The notes under the pieces are model-generated. The model saw only the letters and a list, made by a program, of their open reading frames with translations, searched no databases and was not told the DNA's origin. The position numbers were made by a program, and so were the translations under genes. From Parcubacteria group bacterium (lineage in GTDB: Bacteria; Patescibacteriota; Minisyncoccia; Phycocordibacterales; UBA2135), in assembly GCA_016180525.1 (NCBI GenBank), contig JACPBB010000001.1, positions 11,320-75,319 of the forward strand: 64,000 nucleotides of DNA, in the 5' to 3' direction. The stretch's first letter is position 1; the number at the start of each line of letters is the position of its first letter. Shown here piece after piece: positions 39,718 through 49,109 of this stretch.

Positions 39718-41418
39718 TTAGGCGTGGGCGTGGACCGTTGCGGCCTTCTTCGCCTTGGCCTTGCCCTTCTTGGCCTTCGGCTTGGGCGCGTCGGCGACCG
39801 CTTCGGTGGGAACTTCCTCGGGCTTCGAGGGAGTCTCCGGCGTGGCGGTCTTCTCGGCGGAGCGCCTGGCGATCTTGCCGAGCTCCCGAACGATCTTCTT
39901 GAACTCGTTCGGGTCCGTGAGAAGCGCCTTGTGCTTCTCCGGATACTCGACGGCCGTGATATCGCCGCCAGCTTCCGCGCGCGAGGCGAGGAAGTGGACC
40001 TGGAAGTGCTTCTTGCCCTTGCTGTCCCTCCAGGGGAACTTGATGAAGGAGTAGGACATGCCGGCCTTCGCGGGTTCGCCGAAGAAGTCCCCGAAGGAAA
40101 CGTTGGCCTTGCTGTTGTAGTTGTCCTTCTCCGTCTTGTACGCTTCATGTGCGTCTTCCTGCTTCTGGGCGCACTTGAACGCCCAGGAAAGCCGGCGGTA
40201 CAAGTCCTTCAAATTGCCGAACTCGTGCTGGTTGGGCACGAAGTAAGGCAACTCGAGATAGAACTTGTCCAGATCCTGGAGGGACTCCAGGGGAATCGCC
40301 CACGGGGCGATGCGGTGGCCGCGGTCGGAAACCGGCGAAGCGAGCGACGTCAAGGCCTCGGAGAGGGTCTGATAGACGACCTTTTCATAGCCTTCGCCGT
40401 CGTTCGGATACTCCATCGCCTTGCCGTCGACGACCTGAGGACCTTCGCGGGTAGGCGGTACAAGCGAGACGAAGATGCCCGTGTAGGGAACCTTGTTCCC
40501 GTCCTTGTCCTTCGACATGCGCGTGTCTTCAAACGCGCAGAGAAGGGCGCCGCCTTCGTGGGTCACGAATCGGACTTTCTTGTCCTGTGTGCCCCCCTTT
40601 TGCCGCGGGAACCAAACGTAGCAGGTTGCCGCTGGCACTTGCCGTGGCTTGCCGTCCTTGTCTCGACGTATGACGGTGGTCGTGAGATCTTTCTTGGTCA
40701 CCGAGCGGAACTCGGAGACCCACTTGACCGTCGCCTGGTTGCGAAACGCTGCGGACCCATCCTTGGTGTCGGCGCGGGAGACGAAGTATGCCCCGCGCGC
40801 CTTCTCCGAGAGGAGCATGAGAATGTTGAGGTCATAGACCTCGTTCTCGTACTCCTTGGTCGCGCCGATCCACGTGCCGTTGACCAAGGCGCCGATCGGG
40901 AGCTTCTCCTTGGAGGCGAAGATGATGTTTCGCTCCAAGCCGAACTGATTCATCCGTTCCGCCACGCTCGCAAGAGCACCATCCGGAACGATTTGGCCGA
41001 GCATCGCGGCGAGAAAATGAACTCCCGCCGTATGCATGAACCGGTCCTTCTGATCCCCAACGAAATTCTTGGCGTCGGGGAAAACGTCGACGTCGGCGTC
41101 ACAGAAGCGCTCGGCGGTCTTGACCATCTCCTCGGCGGAATGTCCCGCCTGAAGAAGCGCTGCCGCCTTCGTGGCGTACAGCGCGACGAATTCGGGAACC
41201 TGCGTCATGAGGGTGTTGAAAGCGCCCTCGTTTGCCGCTTGTTCCTCGGGCGTGGACTGGATCGTTGGCAGCGTGAAGCCGCCTGTCTTGGTGGTCTGCA
41301 TGGCTTTCGCCTCCTTGTGGTTGCCGTTTGGTTTTGACTCGTCAGGACGCCGAGTCACCTTGATGCCCTTTGCCTCCAGCGCTTGCTGGGTTTGGGGGTT
41401 GATGATCTCACCAGTCAT
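39718..41418 (-). CDS. GC-rich orphan protein (566 aa) with Lys/Ala-rich C-terminal tail
   Basis: Strong GC3 codon bias on this strand, SD AGAAAGGA, consensus promoter and terminator. Confidence 0.85.
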   Translation of the reverse strand: MTGEIINPQTQQALEAKGIKVTRRPDESKPNGNHKEAKAMQTTKTGGFTLPTIQSTPEEQAANEGAFNTLMTQVPEFVALYATKAAALLQAGHSAEEMVKTAERFCDADVDVFPDAKNFVGDQKDRFMHTAGVHFLAAMLGQIVPDGALASVAERMNQFGLERNIIFASKEKLPIGALVNGTWIGATKEYENEVYDLNILMLLSEKARGAYFVSRADTKDGSAAFRNQATVKWVSEFRSVTKKDLTTTVIRRDKDGKPRQVPAATCYVWFPRQKGGTQDKKVRFVTHEGGALLCAFEDTRMSKDKDGNKVPYTGIFVSLVPPTREGPQVVDGKAMEYPNDGEGYEKVVYQTLSEALTSLASPVSDRGHRIAPWAIPLESLQDLDKFYLELPYFVPNQHEFGNLKDLYRRLSWAFKCAQKQEDAHEAYKTEKDNYNSKANVSFGDFFGEPAKAGMSYSFIKFPWRDSKGKKHFQVHFLASRAEAGGDITAVEYPEKHKALLTDPNEFKKIVRELGKIARRSAEKTATPETPSKPEEVPTEAVADAPKPKAKKGKAKAKKAATVHAHA

Positions 41419-41507
41419 GGTGATTTCCTTTCTTTCTGTCTGTAGTTGTCAAGGTCTTAAAGGGTTTTTCCGTACAAAAAACGTACACCCTCTTCGTACT
41501 AATTGTT

Positions 41508-41536
41508 ATTATAGCAAAAAAGAAAGGCCCTGTCAA
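41508..41536 (-). promoter_or_regulatory. Perfect sigma70 promoter overlapping the upstream terminator
   Basis: TTGACA-GGGCCTTTCTTTTTTGC(17)-TATAAT. Confidence 0.85.
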
Positions 41537-41588
41537 GTACCTTTCTAGGTTCCTGACAGGGCCGCAAAAAACTCTTTACCTGTGAGCT

Positions 41589-42224
41589 TTAATCATCCCA
41601 CCGTCGCCGGGGATCAGCTTCCAACTTAGACATGTGCTCGGGAAGAAAAGACAGGCTTCCGACTTCACGAACGGAGACAACGATATCTCCGTCCTCATCT
41701 TTTGCTTCAATGAACATTGCGCGATGCTCGTCACCCAACTGTATTTTCACAAAAACAGGATTGAAAATGCCATCTTTGCCAGGATAGGCAAGGGGCTGAA
41801 GCGTTTCTGTCGCCCATCCTTTCTTACTTGTCCTTACCATATCGTGCATTGAGAAGCCGAACGGAAATCGCTCTGTTGCTCCTTTTCGTCCGCAGATCAT
41901 GAAGTGACGCGGGTTCTTCCGCTGTAACAACAGCCAATGAAGCGGCTGTGCGAGAGCGCGGCGTGCCCCTGGAAAAGTGATATTCGTTTCCTCTCCGCTG
42001 AACACACGCCCCGGTATGTATGAATATGCAGGAAGCGCGACGTGCACAACCGGCTTACCCTTGTTGCTTCCATGCACTACTAAGTTTGTTTTGAGTGCTT
42101 CAAGTTCCTTGGTCCAATCTGAAAGTTCTGAAGAGAGCGGAAGGTCAAAATTAAGTTGAAAAGCGATTCTCAAAAACGGTGCATCCACCCCAATGGGGTA
42201 GAATTTCCGAGTTTCATTCGTCAT
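41589..42224 (-). CDS. Hypothetical protein coupled to the beta-CASP gene
   Basis: 211-aa ORF with an ATGA overlap. Confidence 0.7.
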   Translation of the reverse strand: MTNETRKFYPIGVDAPFLRIAFQLNFDLPLSSELSDWTKELEALKTNLVVHGSNKGKPVVHVALPAYSYIPGRVFSGEETNITFPGARRALAQPLHWLLLQRKNPRHFMICGRKGATERFPFGFSMHDMVRTSKKGWATETLQPLAYPGKDGIFNPVFVKIQLGDEHRAMFIEAKDEDGDIVVSVREVGSLSFLPEHMSKLEADPRRRWDD

Positions 42225-43690
42225 ATTCCGACCTCCGTTCCATGCTTGGGATAGGCAAACCGTTCGCTGTCCTTGCCCGTAAGATATCGCGTTGCTTGCG
42301 AGAACTCGGCGTGAACAACAACGATTCGTTTGGGAGAGAGCATGTCCACCATGCGCTCAAACTCCCCCTCTTCCTGGTGAGAAGAGGTCGCGAGTCGGTG
42401 CACCTCGCACCGCACTTCATATGTGTCATGCCCGATTTCTATCGTGCATGGATCCGAACTAGCTCCAATACTAACCTCTTCAGCGGCACCATGACGATGC
42501 GCAAGTAAGGCTGTACCGGGCGAACAGGGGTCTTGCCAATTATTGATGACAAACGAGACGTCTGCGTGTTCCACGCCACGAGTAAGCCACCAATGAGCGG
42601 GGCTTCGGTCGGGAAACATGCCTCCGGCAGCAACAACAATCGCATGCCGGCTGCGAAGCACTTCTTCACGCTCCCGCTTGCCGTGGATAAACGTGAGGTT
42701 CTCAAGCAGATGCTGCTGCTCCGGTTCTAAACACTCTTTGAATATTTGAAGCGCCCTGTCTCCGCCATCAATATAGAGCTTTGCGACCTTTTCAAGGCCG
42801 GCATTGCGAATCCGTGCAATGTTGTCCGGCTCACGATGGATGGAAAGCGACGGTACCACCACAATCCCTCCACGGTTAAGTGTCCCGAGAAAACTGTCGC
42901 TCTCAAGGAAACCCTCAACGGGAGTTTCAAGCGGATCCGGAATTTTGCCCAAATTGGTACCATCCGGAATCAACATGTCTATTTTAATGTCAGGACGCAC
43001 TGCGCCCCTGATGAAAATCTGGTCTTTATCGGACGTGTCCCCTGTCGCAAGCACACGGGCCTCTCCGCCATTTGAAAGCTTCTGGCAGAAAAGAAACGAA
43101 GCCGCGCCAAGAATATGCCCTGCCGGAATTACAACCATTGTGAGGGTGGGATTCAACTCAATCATCTCACCAAAGTGTATAATTCGCACATACTCTTCAA
43201 GCGTATCAATATCGTGTTCATCAAAAAGCGGCTGATGACCTTTCCAGTCAGGATTCCGCTTCATTGAATTAACTGTCTGGGTTAACTGATGTTTCGTAAA
43301 TCGCCACGCGGGCCCCGTCATCCAAATACGCAACGAGTCTGGCGTAAGAGACGGGTTTGCCGCGAGCATTAACTTAAACTGAAGCGCAAGCGCTCCGATA
43401 TGGTCAAGATGAGCGTGGGTAATTACAATATCTCGTATCCCCATAAGTGCACCGATGTTTTTGTACAAAACATGGGGAAGTGCTTTCTTGTATGTCTCTG
43501 GTGCCCACGAAACGCGTGGCCGAGTTCCAGATTCAAGCTGAACTTCATATCCTAAAAAGTTCAGAACATATAAAGCTGCTCCAATTTCACGAACTGCGCC
43601 GTACCCAGTGAAAGAAATATCACGCGGGGAGGGAGCCCGAGTTCGGTTCATTTTGTACATCTTTCGTTTAGCTATTCTGTGTGGTGTCAT
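42221..43690 (-). CDS. MBL-fold beta-CASP nuclease (divergent)
   Basis: GAVREIG, THAHLDH.G, AGHILG, TGD, SSH, VVVH; promoter TTGACT-17-TATTAT at 43759-43787. Confidence 0.85.
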   Translation of the reverse strand: MTPHRIAKRKMYKMNRTRAPSPRDISFTGYGAVREIGAALYVLNFLGYEVQLESGTRPRVSWAPETYKKALPHVLYKNIGALMGIRDIVITHAHLDHIGALALQFKLMLAANPSLTPDSLRIWMTGPAWRFTKHQLTQTVNSMKRNPDWKGHQPLFDEHDIDTLEEYVRIIHFGEMIELNPTLTMVVIPAGHILGAASFLFCQKLSNGGEARVLATGDTSDKDQIFIRGAVRPDIKIDMLIPDGTNLGKIPDPLETPVEGFLESDSFLGTLNRGGIVVVPSLSIHREPDNIARIRNAGLEKVAKLYIDGGDRALQIFKECLEPEQQHLLENLTFIHGKREREEVLRSRHAIVVAAGGMFPDRSPAHWWLTRGVEHADVSFVINNWQDPCSPGTALLAHRHGAAEEVSIGASSDPCTIEIGHDTYEVRCEVHRLATSSHQEEGEFERMVDMLSPKRIVVVHAEFSQATRYLTGKDSERFAYPKHGTEVGI

Positions 43691-43866
43691 TTCGTCCTTC
43701 CTGCTGTTGTTTTAAGCCAGAATTGGCCTAATTTTTTTCAATGTTCCATTCAATGCTTATAATACTACATTACTATAAAAAAGTCAACCCCGATAATATT
43801 ATCAGCAAGGACGATCGTCAGGCTTCTAAAGAAGTCTCAACACCATCGAAGTGTCCATTTCACATT

Positions 43867-44799
43867 TTAAAGTTGCAATGTTTTAAGTGCCGCGAATATA
43901 AGCTGTTCGGCGTCTGAAAAACGTTCGTCAGGAGTTGACCCGAGCACGACAACCGCAATCGGCCGCATAGGCCCTGCATCAAAAATGAGCGCGAAATTTC
44001 CTCCGGCAAGATCAGTTGTCCCCGTCTTTGAGGCGACAATTCCCGGAAATGTTTCAACAAACTTATTCGTATTTTCAAGATTGTGTACTGCCCCATCAAG
44101 AGAGTGCGTCGTAAGCAAAAGATGTGTCGTTGCTTCCATTAAATGCGGATGCTCTCTCTCTACGTATCCAAGAAGACGCGCGAAGTCCTGCGCCGAGCCG
44201 TATGCGCCGCTTACTCCGAGATTTATATCAAACCCCGTTTCATTGATAAAAAATGTTTGACTGAGTCCTATTTGTTTTGCTTTTTGGTTTAACGCTTCTG
44301 TAAGTGGACTCTGTCCAGACGCAAATGAATCTCTGCCGCCAGAAGTGATTACAGACGCAAGCGCATGAGCTCCATCATTTGACGAAGTCAAGAGTGTTGC
44401 GTCAATTAAATCTTTTAAGCGCCAGCGCTCTCCGACGAGAAATCCATGGTCCCCTTCTTCTAAAATTGCTTCCTTGCTTACTATGGCAATACCGTCTTCT
44501 CCCTGTTCCTCAAGAGCGATGAGCGCGGTCATAATTTTAGTAAGGGAAGCGAGAGGAAGTTGTGCTTCTCCGTTTAATGAATATAAAGGCTTCTTTTTTT
44601 CTATATCAAAAACAAATGCCGCTTTTGCTTTAAGGTGTATGAGTGAAAACGGGTCAGGGACTAAAAGTTGTTTTATGTGCTCTTCTTCCGGAGACGTAAG
44701 AATATTCGTTTGTATTAACACCATGCGCCCAAATAAAAAAAGAAAAAAGACGAGCGCAAGCCCGGAAACAATAATGTGGTCTTTGTTCTTAAAATTCAT
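43867..44799 (-). CDS. D-alanyl-D-alanine carboxypeptidase (peptidase S11)
   Basis: ASLTK (SxxK), SSN, KTG. Confidence 0.9.
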   Translation of the reverse strand: MNFKNKDHIIVSGLALVFFLFLFGRMVLIQTNILTSPEEEHIKQLLVPDPFSLIHLKAKAAFVFDIEKKKPLYSLNGEAQLPLASLTKIMTALIALEEQGEDGIAIVSKEAILEEGDHGFLVGERWRLKDLIDATLLTSSNDGAHALASVITSGGRDSFASGQSPLTEALNQKAKQIGLSQTFFINETGFDINLGVSGAYGSAQDFARLLGYVEREHPHLMEATTHLLLTTHSLDGAVHNLENTNKFVETFPGIVASKTGTTDLAGGNFALIFDAGPMRPIAVVVLGSTPDERFSDAEQLIFAALKTLQL

Positions 44800-44865
44800 A
44801 AAAATTTAGGGTTTAGCGGATAGCGTTTAGACGAAACTGAACCCTAAACGCTGTACGCTAAACGC
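44800..44865 (-). repeat. Variant heptamer hairpin (TAGCGTT)n/(GCTAAAC)n, scpB to carboxypeptidase gene
   Basis: Same architecture with a different heptamer. Confidence 0.8.
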
Positions 44866-45411
44866 TTATTCTTCTTGATTTTGAAATGTTTCTTCAAATA
44901 CTTTTACTTCGTTCTGAACTGTTTCATATTCAGGCAGCTGTGAAATACGGGTTATGCCCAAATATTGAAGTAATTCAAACGCAGGTCGGTATAACAAAAT
45001 TCGCTTGTCTTTTTCATCTACGATCCTTTCAATTAAACCACGAACAAGCAAGTTTCTCAAAATAAATTGCGAGTTTACGCCACGAATAAAATCAATATTA
45101 CTTTTATTGATCGGGCCACGATAGAGAATGAGCGTAAGTGTTTCAAGAGCCGCGCGAGAAAGCTCCGCGGTAAGCTCTGCTTTTGTTATCTCGGCAAGAA
45201 GCTCTCCGTGTTCAGGCGCGCTCCCCAGCATAACGGTATCTTCTTTAAATAGCAACCTCACACCGCGCCCTTCCAAATTTTTTTCAAGCAACAAAAGAGC
45301 CTCTTTGACTTCTTCTTCCGCAACTTTTAAATGCTTAGCTAAAAAAGCTATACGCACAGGTTCTGCTTTTAAGAAAAGAATCGCTTCAATTTTTTGCTCT
45401 AGGTTAGACAT
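44866..45411 (-). CDS. scpB: SMC-Scp complex subunit ScpB
   Basis: IEAILF, LSRAALETL..I.Y..P, IRGVNS. Confidence 0.95.
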   Translation of the reverse strand: MSNLEQKIEAILFLKAEPVRIAFLAKHLKVAEEEVKEALLLLEKNLEGRGVRLLFKEDTVMLGSAPEHGELLAEITKAELTAELSRAALETLTLILYRGPINKSNIDFIRGVNSQFILRNLLVRGLIERIVDEKDKRILLYRPAFELLQYLGITRISQLPEYETVQNEVKVFEETFQNQEE

Positions 45412-45444
45412 AGTATGAAGAAATAATTGCTTGACGTTTAGAAA

Positions 45445-46188
45445 TTAGGAATTAGGTGAATTAGAAATTGTATTCTGTTCTATATGAATATCGCCAAATT
45501 GCGTATGCTGGCTTACCAAGACGCTGCCCCTTTTTACTAATTCAAGCACCGCGAGAAAACTGACAATAACATTTATTTTGTCCGCAACTTGAATCTGACT
45601 AAAATCTCCAAATCGCACCTTCATATCTCTCTTGACGCGCTCAAGAAGCGTCGCGATGGTTTCTTCAACGCTCACCATTTTTTTAACGAATGCCTGTGGG
45701 ATTATTTCTTTTGTGGGAAGATACGAGAGTATGTGTCGTATATATTCATGCATCGCGGCCAGTGTAATTTTTTTTGTCGGAGAAAAAACGGGAGGAGTGC
45801 GGCTAATAATGTGTGCGGGGATAAAAATGGGGGTTGTATTAAATTGCTCTTGTACGCGCACGCTTAATTCCTTTATTCTTTGGTACTCTTTAAGCCGCCG
45901 TTCCAAATCCCGTATATCTCCCTCTTCTTCCTCTGTAAGCGTGAGGTTCGGCAAGAGCGAGCGGGATTTTATGAGCACAAGTGTTGATGCTATAAGAATA
46001 AAGTGGGCCGCCTCTTTAAGCGGAAAAGATTCCAACCCTTCAATGTGCGCAAGGTAGTCATCAGTAATTTGGGCGAGCGAGATATCGTTAATATGAAGTT
46101 TCCGTTTTTCTATAAGCTGTAAAAGCAAATCAAGCGGCCCTTCAAACCCTCGCGTGGTCACGGTAAATTCTTTTTTTTCTTCTAACAT
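45445..46188 (-). CDS. scpA: SMC-Scp complex subunit ScpA
   Basis: FEGPLDLLL.LI, IKSRSLLP, FLAVLELVK. Start placed at MLEEK. Confidence 0.95.
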   Translation of the reverse strand: MLEEKKEFTVTTRGFEGPLDLLLQLIEKRKLHINDISLAQITDDYLAHIEGLESFPLKEAAHFILIASTLVLIKSRSLLPNLTLTEEEEGDIRDLERRLKEYQRIKELSVRVQEQFNTTPIFIPAHIISRTPPVFSPTKKITLAAMHEYIRHILSYLPTKEIIPQAFVKKMVSVEETIATLLERVKRDMKVRFGDFSQIQVADKINVIVSFLAVLELVKRGSVLVSQHTQFGDIHIEQNTISNSPNS

Positions 46189-46281
46189 TATTCTATTGTA
46201 TAGCATAAATCCCGTTCCCGAAAGAAAACATTTCAACGTTCTGGAACAAGATAACAAGCGAGACCCCAAGGACCCGCTTGT

Positions 46282-46500
46282 TCAAAATTTTCCACTCCGG
46301 ACTTTATCAAAACAAGAGTCACAGAGTTGCCCAGAGCCATCCACATAGTGACTCCCTATATGAACGTTTAATGTATCGTTTCGGCGAGGATCATATATAT
46401 GCAGACTGCAAGGAATTTTGGTACCCTTTCCGCAAAGAATACAAGTTTCTGTTTTTCTTTTCTTTTTAAAGTCGGAAAAATTAATAATGTTCGCGGACAT
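46282..46500 (-). CDS. Small Zn-ribbon orphan
   Basis: CILCG..YVDGSGQLCDSC; SD AGGAGA. Confidence 0.65.
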   Translation of the reverse strand: MSANIINFSDFKKKRKTETCILCGKGTKIPCSLHIYDPRRNDTLNVHIGSHYVDGSGQLCDSCFDKVRSGKF

Positions 46501-46571
46501 TATATTCTCTCCTAATAAAAGTCTTATTATAGTATACGATGAAGTAACCTAAACCTAAAACAGTGTGTGTA

Positions 46572-47903
46572 TTATTCCGACAAAAGTGTGTCTATGCGAT
46601 TTATCTCCCGCGGAAAGAGGGTTGCTTCTTTGACATTTTCCAAATTCAAAAGCCGGGCTGTAATACGCTCAAGCCCTGTTGAACAGCCACCGTGCGGAGG
46701 CATGCCGTATTTAAACGCCTGAAGGTAAAAGCTGAACGTATCAGGGTCAAGCCCCTTTTCGCGGATTCTTCGCACCAGTTCATCAAAATCATGCACCCGC
46801 TGGCTGCCGCTGTTTATTTCAAGTCCGCGAAATAGTAAATCAAAACTCTTTGAATACGCCTTATCTTTTTCATCAATGTATGTATAAAAAGGCCGCTTTG
46901 CTGTTGGAAAATGCGTTATAAACACAAAATCAGAGCCGTGTTTTTCTTTTGCCCACCTGCATATTTCTCGTTCTTCTTCTGGGTTGATGTCAGGTTCATT
47001 ATTACACTGCATTCCTCGCTCGTTTTCCAATATCTTCTGCGCTTCCCGCAACGTAAGGCGGGGAAATCGCTCCGGCATAAGCGGGGCGTCTGTTTTAAAG
47101 CGAGAAAAAATGGAGGCATGTTTTTCAGAAACAGAAGAAACAATGCTGCGGATTGTTTTTTCAAGAACATTCATCACGTCTTCGTGGTCTTTAATAAAAC
47201 CCATTTCAAAATCCATCTGCACCACTTCGCTTAAATGTCGGGTCGTTGCATGTTTCTCTGCTCTGAATATTTTTGCTGTCGTAAACACCCGTTCAAAAAC
47301 GCCCACCATCATTTGTTTGTAAAGCTGTGGGCTTGTCGCAAGAAATGCCTTTTTGTCATTAAAATAATCTACCTGAAACGCGGATGCTCCTCCCTCGGCA
47401 TCGCCTCCAACAATAACAGGGTTTTGATACTCAATAAACCCCTCTTCGGACATTGCGTTACGAAAAGCAGCAATTACGGAGGCCTGAAGAGTAAAGATGT
47501 CACGGGCCCTCTCTGTGCGAAGCGTAAGCGGCAAATGGTTTAAATATGTGTCTAAATTAAGTTCTGCGTTTTTTTCAAAAGGCAGTTCGTGAGCCTGGCT
47601 TAATACCACAACCTCTTTTGCCTCTAACTCAATATCCCCAGTATCAATATCGGGATTTATCATATTGTCAGGACGCTTTTTGACCGCGCCTCCTATCCGC
47701 ACTACCCATTCAGGGCGGCATTCTTTAAGCGCCTCATACGCCTTCTCTTGTTTGGGAGAAACAACGACCTGCACAATACCCGTCTTGTCCCGCAGATCAA
47801 TAAAAATGAGTTTTCCGTGGTCACGGCGAACATCAACCCATCCAGCAACAGTTGCCTCCTTCCCAACATAGTTTTTTAATTCATTTATATAAATTCGTTC
47901 CAT
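46572..47903 (-). CDS. aspS: Short, probably non-discriminating aspartate--tRNA ligase
   Basis: RDHGKLIFIDLRD, SPQLYKQ, FRAE, GMPPHGG, FPR. Confidence 0.93.
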   Translation of the reverse strand: MERIYINELKNYVGKEATVAGWVDVRRDHGKLIFIDLRDKTGIVQVVVSPKQEKAYEALKECRPEWVVRIGGAVKKRPDNMINPDIDTGDIELEAKEVVVLSQAHELPFEKNAELNLDTYLNHLPLTLRTERARDIFTLQASVIAAFRNAMSEEGFIEYQNPVIVGGDAEGGASAFQVDYFNDKKAFLATSPQLYKQMMVGVFERVFTTAKIFRAEKHATTRHLSEVVQMDFEMGFIKDHEDVMNVLEKTIRSIVSSVSEKHASIFSRFKTDAPLMPERFPRLTLREAQKILENERGMQCNNEPDINPEEEREICRWAKEKHGSDFVFITHFPTAKRPFYTYIDEKDKAYSKSFDLLFRGLEINSGSQRVHDFDELVRRIREKGLDPDTFSFYLQAFKYGMPPHGGCSTGLERITARLLNLENVKEATLFPREINRIDTLLSE

Positions 47904-47975
47904 AGCTATTGTATTTATAGTATCTCGTATTTGGTATCTGGTATTTAGTATGTTTAAAATTATACGAGATACTGT

Positions 47976-48947
47976 TTAAAAAGTTATTCCAACTTTTTCC
48001 CTCACCTCTTTCATCTTTGCGCGAGCTCTTTTTTGAGCGCGCGCTCTTCCATTTTCAATAACATCAAAAATATTTTTGTTATCACGAGCTATTTTATTTC
48101 TTCTCTCGCGCAACGGACCAATAAATGATGTTATATTTTTAATAAGAATTTCTTTTGACTCTTTATACCCTATGGTGCCATTTTTATATCGCTCGGCAAG
48201 TTCCGCCAATTTCGTTTCGCTGAAAAGCCGATGAAGCGCAAATACCGTATCGGCCTCTACATCCTTTTTTTCTTTTTCTCCTTTTGAGTCGGTCACGATG
48301 CTCATAACGAGTTTTTTAATTTCTTCGTCCGTGGCAAACAAAGGAATCGTATTTTTGTAACTCTTGCTCATTTTTTGCCCGTCAATGCCGGGAACAGTGG
48401 CAACCTCGCGCATGATGTGCGCTTTTGGCAATTTAAACGTCTCTCCGTATCTATTATTAAATTTTTCCGCAATATCTCTTGCAATTTCAACATGTTGCTT
48501 TTGGTCCTGCCCCACCGGAACAACATCCGCGTCCATTATCAAAATATCCGCTGCCATAAGCGCAGGATAATCAAAAAGCCCCACGGTCGCCTCCAATCCT
48601 TTTTCCACCTTTTCTTTATACGCAACGGCACGAGAGAGATATGGAACAGTGATGAGCGTATTAAAAATCCACGCAAGTTCTGTTACTTCCGGAATGTCCG
48701 ACTGAGGAAATAAATTCTCAGGCGTAAGGCCGATTGCTAAATAATCAAGAATCACATTTCTAGTATTCTCGGCAAGAATATTTGCATCTGACACTGAAGT
48801 AAGCGCATGATAATTCGCAACAAAAATAAAACTCTCAAATTCATCTTGAAGTTCAACAAAACGCTTCATCGCGCCAAAATAATTGCCGATATGAAGCGTC
48901 CCCGACGGCTGTATGCCCGAAACTAATATTTTTTTACCTCCAGTCAT
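47976..48947 (-). CDS. trpS: Tryptophan--tRNA ligase
   Basis: SGIQPSG.LHIGN, YP.LMAADIL, VPVG.DQ.QH, KMSKS. Confidence 0.97.
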   Translation of the reverse strand: MTGGKKILVSGIQPSGTLHIGNYFGAMKRFVELQDEFESFIFVANYHALTSVSDANILAENTRNVILDYLAIGLTPENLFPQSDIPEVTELAWIFNTLITVPYLSRAVAYKEKVEKGLEATVGLFDYPALMAADILIMDADVVPVGQDQKQHVEIARDIAEKFNNRYGETFKLPKAHIMREVATVPGIDGQKMSKSYKNTIPLFATDEEIKKLVMSIVTDSKGEKEKKDVEADTVFALHRLFSETKLAELAERYKNGTIGYKESKEILIKNITSFIGPLRERRNKIARDNKNIFDVIENGRARAQKRARAKMKEVREKVGITF

Positions 48948-49109
48948 TTATCATATAATATCAAAAAAGCCGCTATCTGCATATATTTTAACGATACAAA
49001 GGCTTGACAATGAATGAGGGTATTATGCACATTCGCGATTCGTTGCATAAAAATTGTACCTATATTATACTCTCTCCTAGTTGTACTTTGGACATGGGAA
49101 CCCCCCAGC

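Noticed and set aside
39724-41337. 537-aa ORF on + overlapping the GC-rich orphan
   Set aside because: Codon-register antisense shadow produced by strong GC3 bias. The promoter, SD and terminator all serve the minus-strand gene.
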